64,000 bases of DNA. It comes from Minisyncoccia bacterium. GTDB lineage: Bacteria; Patescibacteriota; Minisyncoccia; Phycocordibacterales; UBA9973. Every line of letters starts with the position of its first letter. Position 1 is the stretch's first letter. Of this stretch, positions 27,155-38,115 are shown piece by piece. The notes beneath the pieces are model-generated. The model was given only the letters and a program-made list of their open reading frames with translations, made no database searches and was not told where the DNA came from. The translations under genes were made by a program, and so were the position numbers. Location: the NCBI GenBank assembly GCA_049287045.1, contig JBAQFC010000010.1, positions 14,179-78,178 of the forward strand. The letters are read 5' to 3'.

Positions 27155-27358
27155 CTAAAATCTCAACATCTCACTCCGTTTTCGACCTTGCTTTCGCAAG
27201 TTTCTTTTAACTATTAGTTGTTTTGGACTCTTTCCAGAATCTCCATAACCATAAGTTTTTTTTGCACCAGATGTGGTTACTAGCACAGTTACTCTGTTTT
27301 CTTTTTTAGGCGAGACAGGGATTGTCTTCCTTTTTCTGAGTGTTGTTGTTGAACGCAT
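27155..27358 (-). CDS. Small highly basic protein (67 aa), possibly ribosomal-protein-like
   Basis: Lys/Arg-rich ORF with no confident family match. Confidence 0.2.
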   Translation of the reverse strand: MRSTTTLRKRKTIPVSPKKENRVTVLVTTSGAKKTYGYGDSGKSPKQLIVKRNLRKQGRKRSEMLRF

Positions 27359-27449
27359 AGATTTTTATTAAATTGTGAATAACTAAAAGAACTATAGAAA
27401 AAAATTATACTCTCATGGAATATATTGTCAATATAAAATTAACAAAAAT

Positions 27450-27484
27450 AAAACGCACTCCTATTTTGGAATGCGTTTTTTTTA
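27450..27484. terminator. Bidirectional intrinsic terminator
   Basis: aaaacgcactcctattttggaatgcgtttttttt. Confidence 0.5.
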
Positions 27485-27491
27485 TTTCTGT

Positions 27492-28040
27492 TTAAACCAT
27501 TACTTCAGTTTCTATTTCAATTTTTTTATCTACCTCTTTTACATCTGAAGGGAAAAAAATATCTTTTACTTCTGAATAAGGAAACAGATCTGTAATTTCA
27601 AAATAGAAGGTTAATCCTGCTGCTTTGTAAGTTACTGTTTCACCTTTTTTCTTACCCAATAAAGCTGTCCCAAATGGAGAATCTGATGGAATGATCTTGT
27701 GATTTGCCGGTAGCTTGTTTTCAATGCTAACAGGCCCTTCAAGAGATAATACATGTTCAGTTTCTTTGTTTCCATTAAGGTAACCTTTAATACCACTACC
27801 GACTAATGCGCAATTTGTTTGGTCTTTAGGAATAAAAGACGGTCGATTCAATAATTGCTGAATCTTCTGAATTTTAGAATAGACCAATTCTGGCCCAATT
27901 TCTTCCCCTAAAAAAATGTTTTTTTCGCCTAACTCCCTCATCTGTTTTAGAAGATGGTTTTTTCCATTTTCAGTGATGGCTTTTTCATTAATGAAAGGAG
28001 TTATACCTTTCGCTACTTTTTTTCCCTTAGTCTTTTTCAT
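27492..28040 (-). CDS. greA: Transcription elongation factor GreA family
   Basis: C-terminal signature IIPSDSPFGTALLGKKKGETVTY, which parallels the IS.SPlG.ALLGkk.GD.V motif. Confidence 0.65.
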   Translation of the reverse strand: MKKTKGKKVAKGITPFINEKAITENGKNHLLKQMRELGEKNIFLGEEIGPELVYSKIQKIQQLLNRPSFIPKDQTNCALVGSGIKGYLNGNKETEHVLSLEGPVSIENKLPANHKIIPSDSPFGTALLGKKKGETVTYKAAGLTFYFEITDLFPYSEVKDIFFPSDVKEVDKKIEIETEVMV

Positions 28041-28140
28041 AAGCTTGGTTTTTGGTTTATTTATTTATTTGTCAATTTGCAAGATATCTACTATATAAAA
28101 ATATAGCCATTGTGTCAATATAAAAAAATTATTTTTTTGG

Positions 28141-29193
28141 TTAGTCTTCTAGTTTGGGTTTTTCGAGTTCTAGAGCTGAGAGTTCAGGAGAAGATCCTGC
28201 GATACGTAACACATCTTTATCTATCTTTTTAAGTTCTTTATTGGAAGCATTGTAGTGATTGATAACAGTCGAAAGGGAATTACCAAGCTTTACATGATAC
28301 TCATCATAAGACTTCAAATGCTTACCAAGGTCTTCAACTTTTTTGATTATTTCTTTTGCAGATTCTTCTATCTGTAGTGCCTTGAGGCCCTGTAAGACAG
28401 TCTGTAGGTATGCAAGGAAAGAAGTGGGGCTCGTAATGATAACTTTGTATTTTCCAGCAGCACGCTGGATGAGATTTTCATTTTCGTCGTCTTTTAATCC
28501 ACCAATCTTATTTACGAGCAAGTCATAATATATCGCTTCGTGTGGAATAAACATGAAAGCGAAGTCTGTCGTACCTTGTGCGGGTTGGACATATTTGGCA
28601 GTTTCCACGATTCTGTTTTTTAAATCACTGACAAAAATTTTCTCATATTTATCTTTTTCTTCTGCACTCTTGCTCTCAATCATTCGGTTATAATTCTCTA
28701 GTGAGAATTTAGAATCGATAGGAATTATTTTATCTTTTACGAAAACTACTGCATCTACGATGGTACCATCAGGAAAAGGGTACTGCATTTGATAGCTGCC
28801 AGGTGGTAGGACATTTTTTAAAACAGTTTCAAGATAATACTCACCGAGTATTCCACGTTGTTTTGGATTCTTTAATATGTCTTGCAGACTTTGGAGTTGG
28901 TCTGCGAAAGAGATAACTTGTTTATTTGTCTCATCAAGTCGAGTAAGTCTCTCTGTAACATCACGGATTATTTTATTTGATTCAATAGAATGAAAACGTA
29001 AACTTTCATTTACTTGTTTATGTGATTCACCGATACGAGTGTCGACAGTTCTAGAAATTTCATTCAGTTGAGTTAAAATGAGTTGAAGGCCAACATCACT
29101 CTTTTCGTTGTTTTTGTCTTTTTTATTTAATAACAAGTAAACAAGGATTCCTCCCCCTAAAATTCCGATAATAATCCAAGAAATATTTTGCAT
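28141..29193 (-). CDS. rmuC: DNA recombination protein RmuC
   Basis: N-terminal TM segment, a long coiled coil, and the RmuC core GILGEYYLETVL...PDGTIVDAVV...IDSKFSLENY. Confidence 0.7.
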   Translation of the reverse strand: MQNISWIIIGILGGGILVYLLLNKKDKNNEKSDVGLQLILTQLNEISRTVDTRIGESHKQVNESLRFHSIESNKIIRDVTERLTRLDETNKQVISFADQLQSLQDILKNPKQRGILGEYYLETVLKNVLPPGSYQMQYPFPDGTIVDAVVFVKDKIIPIDSKFSLENYNRMIESKSAEEKDKYEKIFVSDLKNRIVETAKYVQPAQGTTDFAFMFIPHEAIYYDLLVNKIGGLKDDENENLIQRAAGKYKVIITSPTSFLAYLQTVLQGLKALQIEESAKEIIKKVEDLGKHLKSYDEYHVKLGNSLSTVINHYNASNKELKKIDKDVLRIAGSSPELSALELEKPKLED

Positions 29194-29325
29194 AATTCTA
29201 TTTTAACAGTATTTAATAAAAGAATATAGCTATTGACAAAATGACATAAATAAGTTATTCTTTAGTTAGAATTTTTCTTTAAATAAACCCTCGTAGGTCA
29301 TGTTTGACTGAATAAAAACAACATT

Positions 29326-29652
29326 ATGGAAAATCTTAAAACTTTCTTTTTTATCAAACAGGAATCATGTTTGATTCAGATTAACATTAAAAGTATTTTA
29401 TATGTAAAAGGAAATGGTGATTATGTTTCTATTCAAACAGCAGACAAGTTGTATACGATTCATTCAACTATGGCGACAATTGAGAAAAAACTCCCAGCAG
29501 ATGATTTTATGCGTATTCATAACTCGTATATTGTCCGAATGGATAAAATTATTTCAATTGAGGGTTCAACTCTTATAATGAAAAAAGAAATAATGATTCC
29601 AGTTAGTCGCGCACATAAAAAAGTATTCTTTGATAGAATCGTTTCACTTTAA
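29326..29652 (+). CDS. LytTR-family DNA-binding domain protein
   Basis: FMRIHNSYIVRMDKI matches the LytTR signature RIHRSYIVN. Stand-alone 108 aa. Confidence 0.6.
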   Translation: MENLKTFFFIKQESCLIQINIKSILYVKGNGDYVSIQTADKLYTIHSTMATIEKKLPADDFMRIHNSYIVRMDKIISIEGSTLIMKKEIMIPVSRAHKKVFFDRIVSL

Positions 29653-29726
29653 GTGTCGTGTTAATTGAAACAGAATTTTTAACAAAAGAGCTGCAAGATA
29701 AATATCTTGCGGCTCTTCTTTATTTT

Positions 29727-30446
29727 TTAATGTTTTCCTAGATAGTATTTAAGTGTATAAATCCAATCTTCATCAACTTGGTCGCTTTCAAGTTTTTGCT
29801 TTAAAAGCCATTCAAGATAACCAGGATCAATTTTAACAACTTCTTCTAAAGTCTTACCAATATGTTTACCAAATGGGATAGAACGTAATAGGGAAGGACG
29901 GGAAGTAATATCTATCATTTTTTTAATAGCTTCGGATTCTGATAAATTTTCACTTTCCATTATTTTGGTATTCAATCTTTCAAAAAGTTTTTCTAGAACA
30001 ATTACATCACCGAGAGCATCGTGCGCAGTGGCTTCAATATCGAGGTCTAGGAAATAACGCAAGTACTGTAAATTGTATTTTCCTATTTTCCCTTCAGGGT
30101 CCAGATGACGGGCTACTTTTAAAGTACAAATAAAATTTTTTGGAATGATATTTTCATTTTTGATCATCATCACATCAAAACTAGCATTGTGTGCAACTAA
30201 GACTGAATTTTCATCTTCAAAGAGCTTTTTGGTGTTTTGGAAATCAGGACTTTCACTGAAAGAAAGTTTATCTGCAACCATTTTGTTTGTAATGTGATGC
30301 ACAGCTGAAGATTCGGGTGGAATTTTAATCGGAGGTTTATAAAGACCGTTGAAAGTTTCGTCGCCCACCTTGTAGGCAATTTGGCAGATGTAATCCTTTT
30401 CGGTAACACCTGTAGTTTCAGTATCAAAAAATATTATCTTAGACAT
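29727..30446 (-). CDS. DEDDh 3'-5' exonuclease (DNA polymerase III epsilon-like)
   Basis: Exo I IIFFDTETTG, Exo II HNASFDVMMI, and Exo III TAHDALGD. Confidence 0.75.
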   Translation of the reverse strand: MSKIIFFDTETTGVTEKDYICQIAYKVGDETFNGLYKPPIKIPPESSAVHHITNKMVADKLSFSESPDFQNTKKLFEDENSVLVAHNASFDVMMIKNENIIPKNFICTLKVARHLDPEGKIGKYNLQYLRYFLDLDIEATAHDALGDVIVLEKLFERLNTKIMESENLSESEAIKKMIDITSRPSLLRSIPFGKHIGKTLEEVVKIDPGYLEWLLKQKLESDQVDEDWIYTLKYYLGKH

Positions 30447-30624
30447 AGGGCTATTTTATCATATATATTATTTATGATACAATAATTAAAGAAATATATT
30501 TATTAGAAAGCCTTGCGCAGGCCGACTGGGCCGAGCAGAGCAATTTGTCAGCAGACAAATATGTGTGCTTTATAATAAATGATATTTCTCTAATTATTGT
30601 TTTTAATCTTTATAATAAAATTAT

Positions 30625-31074
30625 ATGTTACATGAACAAATAAAAAGTGGAATAAAAGAAGCGATGATGGCTAGAGATTCTGTAAAACTCGAGGTTCTTC
30701 GTGGTCTTGTTACAGCATTTACCAATGAGCTTGTTGCTACAAATCGTACCCCTCAAGATTTTCTTACTGATGAACAAGCATTAGCTGTTATTACTCGTGC
30801 TTCCAAGCAACGCAAAGATTCAATCGAACAATTTACCAAGGGTGGACGCGCAGATTTAGCTGATGCAGAAAAAGCCCAGCTTGCTATATTGGAGACGTAT
30901 TTGCCTGCATTGATGGACAAGAGTGAAGTAGAAAAAATAGTCTTAGCTAAAAAAAATGAATTAGGTGTCACTGATGCGACCAAAAAAGGAATGCTGATGG
31001 CAGCTGTTATGAAAGATTTAAAAGGTAAGGCTGATGGTATGGTAGTCAAAGAAGTAGTAGATGCCCTATTTTAA
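30625..31074 (+). CDS. GatB/YqeY domain protein
   Basis: 149 aa beginning LHEQIKSGIKEAMMARD..LEVLRGL, typical of the YqeY family. Confidence 0.7.
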   Translation: MLHEQIKSGIKEAMMARDSVKLEVLRGLVTAFTNELVATNRTPQDFLTDEQALAVITRASKQRKDSIEQFTKGGRADLADAEKAQLAILETYLPALMDKSEVEKIVLAKKNELGVTDATKKGMLMAAVMKDLKGKADGMVVKEVVDALF

Positions 31075-31083
31075 ATTTACAAT

Positions 31084-31689
31084 ATGCATACTGTAAATTT
31101 TCTAAAACATTTAGTAGAGGGTTATGAAGTTTTGGCGTATGCTTTGATTCTTTTTGGTATTATTTTTGAAGGAGAGTTTATTATTATATGTACAGGAATT
31201 CTCGCCTATCTAGGAGTGTTAGATGTTTACACAGCTTTTGTTTTTATTTTATGTGGAGGTCTTGGTAAAACATTTTTAGGATACTATGTTGGTGTCCTTG
31301 TTAATAGAAAATGGAAAGATAAAAAATTTATAAAATATATCGAACGTAGAGTTTCTTTTGTAATGCCCCATTTTGATGAGAAACCTTTTTGGTCAATCTT
31401 TATTTCTAAATTTATTTTAGGAGTGAATCATGTAGTGATAATTTTTTCAGGTTTTAAAAAAATACCCTTAAAAATATACCTAAAAGCAGAACTTATCACG
31501 ACAGCTATTTGGGCTCCAGGTTTCTTTTCTTTGGGTTTTTTCTTTGGTTATACAGCGCTAAGCGTAAGTAAAGAAATCTGGAGATTTTCTCTTGTAGTAT
31601 TGCTTTTGGTAATAGGTTTTATTATTTTTGATAAATTAGTCGGGTGGATTTATGAGCTTTTTGAATTATCTTATGACGATAAACAATAA
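31084..31689 (+). CDS. DedA/VTT-family-like membrane protein
   Basis: Polytopic membrane protein of about 200 aa with a Gly-rich re-entrant-like region. Assignment is tentative. Confidence 0.35.
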   Translation: MHTVNFLKHLVEGYEVLAYALILFGIIFEGEFIIICTGILAYLGVLDVYTAFVFILCGGLGKTFLGYYVGVLVNRKWKDKKFIKYIERRVSFVMPHFDEKPFWSIFISKFILGVNHVVIIFSGFKKIPLKIYLKAELITTAIWAPGFFSLGFFFGYTALSVSKEIWRFSLVVLLLVIGFIIFDKLVGWIYELFELSYDDKQ

Positions 31690-32578
31690 TAAAATAGTAA
31701 CTCACAATAATTCTTTTCATGCAGATGATATTTTTGCATGTGCATCTTTTTCCCTTTTGTTTGAAAAGAGAGGGGAGACTTTTGAAGTTATCCGCACGAG
31801 AGATGCAGAATTAATAAAAAATGCTGATTATGTTTTTGATGTAGGTGGTATATATGACCCAGCGTTAAAAAGATTTGATCATCATCAGGTAGGAGGTGCA
31901 GGTAAGAGGTCAAATGGTATAGAATATTCTTCTTTTGGCTTGGTGTGGAAAGAGTACGGCAAAGAAATCGCAGGCAATATAGAAGTACAAAATTTTATCG
32001 AACAAAAACTCGTTATGCCTGTAGATGCAAATGATAACGGAATAGATCTTTATAAAACAAATTTTGAAAATATTTCTCCATATAAAATAAATGATGTTTT
32101 TGCTATTTTTGCTCCGACAGCGTTGGAAAAATTTAATAAAGATGAACAGTTTTTGAAAGCTGTTGTTTGGGCAAAAGAAATATTAACCAGAGAAATTAAA
32201 AAAGCCAATGATGAAATAGAAGTTAAAAAAATTATTCAAAATTTTTACGAAAACAGTGAAGACAAGAGATTGGTTGTGGTGGATGAACCTAGGGTTTCTA
32301 GATATGAGATCTGGAATGCACTGCAGGATTTTAATACACCACTTTTTGCTGTTTACGGTGATGGTGAAGATTGGTCTATTGTTGCTATGAGAATGGAAAT
32401 GAATAGTCACCAAAATAGAAAAGACTTACCGAGTGCATGGGCTGGATTAAAGGATGAGGAACTTCAAAAAATAACAGGAGTGCCTGATGCAATATTTTGT
32501 CATCGAGGTCTTTTCCTTGCTGGGGCTAAAAGCAAGGAGGGGGCTATTAAATTGGCAAAAATTGTGTTAGAATCATAA
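31673..32578 (+). CDS. MYG1-family metal-dependent hydrolase (UPF0160)
   Basis: N-terminal IVTHNNSFHADDIFA matches MYG1 THsGxFHaDE. Length is about 300 aa. Confidence 0.6.
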   Translation: MTINNNKIVTHNNSFHADDIFACASFSLLFEKRGETFEVIRTRDAELIKNADYVFDVGGIYDPALKRFDHHQVGGAGKRSNGIEYSSFGLVWKEYGKEIAGNIEVQNFIEQKLVMPVDANDNGIDLYKTNFENISPYKINDVFAIFAPTALEKFNKDEQFLKAVVWAKEILTREIKKANDEIEVKKIIQNFYENSEDKRLVVVDEPRVSRYEIWNALQDFNTPLFAVYGDGEDWSIVAMRMEMNSHQNRKDLPSAWAGLKDEELQKITGVPDAIFCHRGLFLAGAKSKEGAIKLAKIVLES

Positions 32579-32579
32579 A

Positions 32580-33575
32580 ATGGCTTTTATAGATGAAATA
32601 AATATACACGCAGAGGCAGGAAGAGGTGGTGACGGCGTAGTACGCTGGCGTCAGGAAAAATTCGTACCAAAGGGTGGCCCTGCAGGAGGAGACGCTGGAC
32701 GTGGCGGTAATTTTTTCGTGGAAACAGTACGTGATGTTAGTATTCTCTCAAAATATAAAATGAAAAAAGACTTTATCGCAGAACGCGGTGAAGATGGAGC
32801 CAAGAAAAGTCTACATGGTAAAAATGGTGATGATTATGTCCTAGAATTACCTATTGGTTCTATTGTGACAAACAGAAAGACAGGTGAAAAACTATCTCTG
32901 TTTAATGAAGGAGAAAAAATAATGCTTTTGAAAGGTGGTTACGGCGGTTATGGTAATGAGCATTTCAAGAGTTCTACAAATACCACTCCGGAAGAATTCA
33001 ATCCCGGCCAAGAAGGTGAACAAGGAGATTTTCATATTGAGCTTGAACTCTTTGCAGATATTGGACTTGTTGGTTTACCAAACGCTGGTAAATCTTCTTT
33101 GCTGAATGCTCTAACAAACGCTGAAGCAAAAGTGGGAGATTATGCTTTCACAACTTTAGACCCGAACTTGGGAGAATTTTACGGTTACATTATTGCTGAT
33201 ATTCCAGGAATCATTGAAGGTGCTTCTGAGGGTAAAGGTCTTGGTGTTAAATTCCTAAAACATATTAAGCGTACAAAAATGCTTGCCCACCTTATTTCTT
33301 TTGAGAATGCCAACATGATGAAAGTCTACAAAGAGATCCGTAATGAGCTTGAATCTTATGATAAAAACAATGGACTAACAGAAGGTGGTCTTTCTACAAA
33401 AGAAGAAATAATTTTACTTACAAAAACTGACGTCGCAGAAGATGAAAAACTTATAGAAAAAAGAAGAAAAGAATTTGAGAAGTTGGGTAAAAAAGTCTAT
33501 ACCATTTCTTTATTTGATGACGCCTCAGTAAAAAACTTTAGAGACGAACTAGTAAAGATTTTAAAGAAAAAATAA
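32580..33575 (+). CDS. obg: GTPase Obg/CgtA
   Basis: Gly-rich Obg fold GRGGDGVVRWRQEKFVPKGGPAGGDAGRGGN, and G motifs GLPNAGKSS and DIPG. Confidence 0.9.
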   Translation: MAFIDEINIHAEAGRGGDGVVRWRQEKFVPKGGPAGGDAGRGGNFFVETVRDVSILSKYKMKKDFIAERGEDGAKKSLHGKNGDDYVLELPIGSIVTNRKTGEKLSLFNEGEKIMLLKGGYGGYGNEHFKSSTNTTPEEFNPGQEGEQGDFHIELELFADIGLVGLPNAGKSSLLNALTNAEAKVGDYAFTTLDPNLGEFYGYIIADIPGIIEGASEGKGLGVKFLKHIKRTKMLAHLISFENANMMKVYKEIRNELESYDKNNGLTEGGLSTKEEIILLTKTDVAEDEKLIEKRRKEFEKLGKKVYTISLFDDASVKNFRDELVKILKKK

Positions 33576-33613
33576 TAATTAAAATATTATTTTTATTCTG
33601 CTATAATTAAAGA

Positions 33614-36304
33614 ATGTTGTTAAAATGGCACACAATTTCAACTTTGGAAGTTTTATCTCATTTTAAATCAAATGAATTGGGATTAAGTGAAGAAGAAGCT
33701 CATTCTAGGTTATTAGTTTACGGCCCAAATGCTCTACCGGAAGAAAAAGTTCGAGGTGTTTTTTATATATTTTTTTCTCAATTCATAAGCCCTCTTATTT
33801 TAATTCTAATTTTAGCTTCTATAACTGTTTTACTTATGGGTGATGTTGTAGACGGACTTATTATTCTTTTCGTTCTTGTTTTCAATGCAATAGTTGGAAC
33901 TATACAAGAAGGTAGAGCTCAAAATACTCTGCGTGCACTTAAGAATTTTATTGAAGGCACTGCGACGGTTATGCGTGATGGTAAGGCTTTAATAATTCCA
34001 GATAAAGAAGTTGTTCCAGGTGATATTCTTATTTTACAAGAGGGTGAAAAAATTCCAGCTGATGCTCGGATTTTATTTTCTCGTTCTTTAAAAATAGATG
34101 AATCTAGTCTGACAGGTGAATCTGTTCCAGTTCTTAAAACAATAGAAGAAATTTCTAATCCTGAAATTTCTATTGCAGATCAAAAGAATATGTTGTTTAA
34201 GGGTACAACAATAGTATCCGGTAATGGTGAAGCTGTAGTTATTGCAACAGGACTTTCTACTGAAATAGGAAAGATATCAAAAGCTATTGTATCCATAGAC
34301 GAAGATGTTCCTTTAAAGAAAAATATTTCAAATCTTTCCAAGTTGATCATAATTGCAACCATTATCGTCGGTATTCTTGTTTTTTTTCTAGGAATAATGC
34401 GGGGTGAAGATATGAGACAAATGTTTTCTACTGTTGTCGCTATTGCGGTATCAATAATTCCAGAAGGTTTGCCTATTGTAATGACTTTAGTATTGGCTTC
34501 TGGTGTATGGAGAATGACTAAACAAAATGTCTTAGTAAAAAAACTACAGGCAGTAGAAGCACTTGGACAGGCTAGTGTTCTTGCTTTGGACAAGACTGGT
34601 ACCTTGACCAAAAATGAAATGACTCTGGAGAAAGTGTATGTCGATGGAAAATTTTATAATATAGGTGGTTTAGGTTATGAACCTAAAGGTGATGTTTCTC
34701 TTGATGGATTGGTTGTTGATTCACTTAATCACCCTGAGTTACTTATGGCTGGCAGGGTTGCTGGTTTTTGTTCAAACGCTAAAGTTGTTTACTCTGAGGA
34801 GTTAAAAAGATGGAGAGTTTCAGGAGATCCTACTGAAGCAGCTATGGGAGTCTTTGCGGAAAAAATAGGATTTAAAAATATTATGGATGAATCAAAAAAG
34901 ATTTTTGAAATACCTTTTGATTATCTTACTAAATATCATTTAAATATTCATAAATTTGAAGAGAAGAATTTTTTAACAGTCGCTGGTGCACCAGAAATAA
35001 TTTTAGGCCTTTGCAGCAGAGTTTGGAGAAAACAAAAATCTGAAAAATTTTCTTTAGAAGAAAAGAAACAAACAGAGGAAATATTTCTAAAAATGTCCGA
35101 AGAGGGATATAGAATTATTGCTTTCGCTATTGATCCAGACACAGAAGCAGTAATCGAAGAAAAAAATATTTCAAATCTTATTTTTGTTGGATTTTTCTGT
35201 TTAAAAGATCCTCTTCGAGAAGAGGTTTTTGGTGCTGTTAATAGAGCAAGATCTGCTGGAATTAAAGTGATTATGATAACAGGGGATCATAAGATTACCG
35301 CTAGCGCTATTGCAAAAGAAGCAGGTATTTTTCACGAGGGAGATGAAATAATTACCGGGGAAGAATTGGAAAATTTATCTGATAAGGAACTTATGGATAG
35401 ATTTGATAAGGTTAGTGTTTTTGTGAGAGTAACTCCAGTTCATAAAATGAGGATAATTGATTTATTTAAGAAAAAAGGAGAAATCATTGCGATGACTGGT
35501 GATGGTGTCAACGATGCACCATCGCTTGCCTCAGCAGACCTTGGTGTTGCAATGGGAGTTTCTGGAACAGAAGTTGCAAAAGAAGCATCAGACATAGTCC
35601 TTCTTGATGATAATTTCGGTAATATAATATCGGCAGTTGAAGAGGGCAGAAGTATTTATAAAACCATAAAAAAAGTGGTTTTATATTTGTTTTCCACAAG
35701 TATTGGTGAAGTATTTACAATTACTGGGGCTATTTTCCTTGGATTACCGTTACCTGTTTTACCTGCGCAAATTATTTGGCTCAATTTTGTGACGGATGGT
35801 TTTCTTGATATATCTCTTGCAATGGAACCATCTGAAGATGGATTACTCAAACATAAAGTAAAACATTCAAAATATATTTTAGATTCTTTTTCAGTAAAAA
35901 GAATGATTTTTATGGGAGTTATTATTGCTGTGGGAACTTTGTTTATTTTTACACAATATTTGGGTGATAGCGCAGGAAAAGCCCTCACTGTTTCTATGAC
36001 CACCTTGGCTGTTTTCCAGTGGTTTAATGCTTGGAATTGTAAAAGTGAAAACAAATCCTTGTTCTCATTCGGTTCTTTTAATAACATTCATCTAATTTTT
36101 GCGACATGTACAGTTATTTTCTTGCAGTTAATGGCAATTTATAATCCTTTTTTACAGAAAATTTTACATACCGTACCATTAAACATAACTGATTGGATAT
36201 ATATTATAAGTGTAGCAGGAAGTATTCTTATATTAGAAGAGATGAGAAAGTTTATATTTAATAGAAGAAATAAAAATATTAATTTGGAACTAAATTTTAA
36301 ATAA
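33614..36304 (+). CDS. P-type cation-transporting ATPase (P2-type, Ca2+/Mg2+-like)
   Basis: DKTGTLT phosphorylation site, TGDGVNDAPSL hinge, TGES, and about 10 TM segments. Confidence 0.85.
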   Translation: MLLKWHTISTLEVLSHFKSNELGLSEEEAHSRLLVYGPNALPEEKVRGVFYIFFSQFISPLILILILASITVLLMGDVVDGLIILFVLVFNAIVGTIQEGRAQNTLRALKNFIEGTATVMRDGKALIIPDKEVVPGDILILQEGEKIPADARILFSRSLKIDESSLTGESVPVLKTIEEISNPEISIADQKNMLFKGTTIVSGNGEAVVIATGLSTEIGKISKAIVSIDEDVPLKKNISNLSKLIIIATIIVGILVFFLGIMRGEDMRQMFSTVVAIAVSIIPEGLPIVMTLVLASGVWRMTKQNVLVKKLQAVEALGQASVLALDKTGTLTKNEMTLEKVYVDGKFYNIGGLGYEPKGDVSLDGLVVDSLNHPELLMAGRVAGFCSNAKVVYSEELKRWRVSGDPTEAAMGVFAEKIGFKNIMDESKKIFEIPFDYLTKYHLNIHKFEEKNFLTVAGAPEIILGLCSRVWRKQKSEKFSLEEKKQTEEIFLKMSEEGYRIIAFAIDPDTEAVIEEKNISNLIFVGFFCLKDPLREEVFGAVNRARSAGIKVIMITGDHKITASAIAKEAGIFHEGDEIITGEELENLSDKELMDRFDKVSVFVRVTPVHKMRIIDLFKKKGEIIAMTGDGVNDAPSLASADLGVAMGVSGTEVAKEASDIVLLDDNFGNIISAVEEGRSIYKTIKKVVLYLFSTSIGEVFTITGAIFLGLPLPVLPAQIIWLNFVTDGFLDISLAMEPSEDGLLKHKVKHSKYILDSFSVKRMIFMGVIIAVGTLFIFTQYLGDSAGKALTVSMTTLAVFQWFNAWNCKSENKSLFSFGSFNNIHLIFATCTVIFLQLMAIYNPFLQKILHTVPLNITDWIYIISVAGSILILEEMRKFIFNRRNKNINLELNFK

Positions 36305-36328
36305 ATGTTATAATGTAGTTATAAATAT

Positions 36329-36592
36329 ATGAGAATTTCAGGATCATTTTTTACAATGCTTTTAATTTGGGCTTTGGGATATACCCACTTTTTAGGTGGC
36401 CCGTACATACTTTTCAAAGTAATCTTTTGGATTGCTATTTTACCTGCACTTATTAGTATCTTTGTTTTACTGCTAGTATTGTTTAAAGCTAAGAAAATTA
36501 TAAAAACAACTCGAGAAAGACAGTCCTCCTCAAACCATACTGGAAGTACTGTTCATGAAACTATTCACGTTGAAGCTACTATTAAAGAATAA
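36329..36592 (+). CDS. Small membrane protein (hypothetical)
   Basis: Two hydrophobic helices. 87 aa. Confidence 0.3.
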   Translation: MRISGSFFTMLLIWALGYTHFLGGPYILFKVIFWIAILPALISIFVLLLVLFKAKKIIKTTRERQSSSNHTGSTVHETIHVEATIKE

Positions 36593-36634
36593 TATATTTC
36601 CAAAAACCTATAAAAATATGATATTATAGTATTT

Positions 36635-38083
36635 ATGGAAAAGAAATATTACACGACAATCGGATTGGAAATACACGCAGAACTAAAAACAATTACCAAG
36701 ATGTTTTGTAGTTGCAAAAACGATCCTGATGAAGAAACTCCAAATAAAAATATTTGCCCAGTGTGCATGGCGCATCCTGGTACTTTACCTGTTGTAAATA
36801 AAAAGGCTGTTGAGAGTGTTATCAAAGTTGGTTTGGCTCTCGGCTCAAATATTGCAGATTTTACTGAATTCGACCGTAAGAATTATTTCTACCCGGATAT
36901 TCCAAAAGGTTATCAGATTTCACAATTTAAATACCCGATAGTTTCTGGTGGAAAGTTGGCTGGGATGGATTTGACTCGTATTCACTTGGAAGAAGATACT
37001 GCCAATAATAAACATTATGAAAGTACTAGTGGTGGATACTCATTGATTGATTTCAATCGCGCAGGTGTGCCTTTGATGGAGCTGGTTACTGAAGCTCATA
37101 CTTTTGAAAATCCTGATGATGCTGCCAAGGCCGCTTCAGTTTTTGCAAAGGAGTACCAGATGATACTTTGGTACCTCGGTGCTTCTGAAGCCAATATGGA
37201 GAAGGGTGAAATGCGTGTGGAGGCGAATGTTTCTGTGTCACCGGATAAAGATAAGAAATGGGAGGCTTATGTTGAAGTAAAAAATCTGAATTCATTCAGA
37301 ACTGTCGAGAAAGCTATCAAATACGAAGTAGAGAGAATGATAGAACTTTTTGAAACAGGAAAGGAAAGTGAAATAGTAAAAGAAACTCGCGGTTGGGATG
37401 ACAATAAACAGAAAACTTTTTCTCAAAGAAAAAAGGAATCCAGTCAGGATTACCGATATTTCCCAGATCCAGATATTCCAAAATTTAAACTACACGAGGT
37501 TTTTGATATAGAAGAATTAAAGAAAGGATTACCAGAATTGCCTTCTGAAATGCGCTCACGTTATACAAATAATTTTGGTATTAAAGATGAGGATGTAGAA
37601 GTATACATCAATGATCCAGTATTAGGATCTTGGTTTGAAAAAGTAGCTACTATTCTTATAGTGCCTGAAAAGTTAAAAACAGCTTCAAATTTCATTACTT
37701 CTGATTATTTAGGATTGAAGAAGATTAATGCGGAAGTCCGACTTCCGCAAGCTGAGAATTTTGCTGAACTTATAAATTTGTTTATAGAAAATAAAATCTC
37801 TTCCAGAGTCGCAAAAGATATCTTGGCCGTCATTGTTTTAAATGATGAATCACCATTGAAAATCGCCACAGAAAAAGATCTATTACAAAAAAATGATACA
37901 GGTGCAATCAAGACTATTGCAGAAAAAGTTGTTTCAGAAAATCCTGAAGTTGTAGCTACTTATAAGGGTGGAAAAGAAAATGCCATTATGTCTCTCGTTG
38001 GAAAAATCATAAAAGAAAGTAATGGTAGTGCAAACCCTAAAATAGTTATTGAAATCTTAAAAGAATTGCTTGCCCACTCGTAG
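36635..38083 (+). CDS. gatB: Asp-tRNA(Asn)/Glu-tRNA(Gln) amidotransferase subunit B
   Basis: N-terminal YTTIGLEIHAELKT..KMFCSC, and a C-terminal YqeY-like tail. Confidence 0.9.
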   Translation: MEKKYYTTIGLEIHAELKTITKMFCSCKNDPDEETPNKNICPVCMAHPGTLPVVNKKAVESVIKVGLALGSNIADFTEFDRKNYFYPDIPKGYQISQFKYPIVSGGKLAGMDLTRIHLEEDTANNKHYESTSGGYSLIDFNRAGVPLMELVTEAHTFENPDDAAKAASVFAKEYQMILWYLGASEANMEKGEMRVEANVSVSPDKDKKWEAYVEVKNLNSFRTVEKAIKYEVERMIELFETGKESEIVKETRGWDDNKQKTFSQRKKESSQDYRYFPDPDIPKFKLHEVFDIEELKKGLPELPSEMRSRYTNNFGIKDEDVEVYINDPVLGSWFEKVATILIVPEKLKTASNFITSDYLGLKKINAEVRLPQAENFAELINLFIENKISSRVAKDILAVIVLNDESPLKIATEKDLLQKNDTGAIKTIAEKVVSENPEVVATYKGGKENAIMSLVGKIIKESNGSANPKIVIEILKELLAHS

Positions 38084-38115
38084 CTTTTTAAGTGAAGTGG
38101 AGTTAAAATAAGGTA

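Noticed and set aside
27155-27358. Assignment of the small basic ORF to a specific ribosomal protein (L34, L28, L35 or S21)
   Set aside because: There is no convincing motif match to any of these families from memory. Kept only as a low-confidence basic protein.
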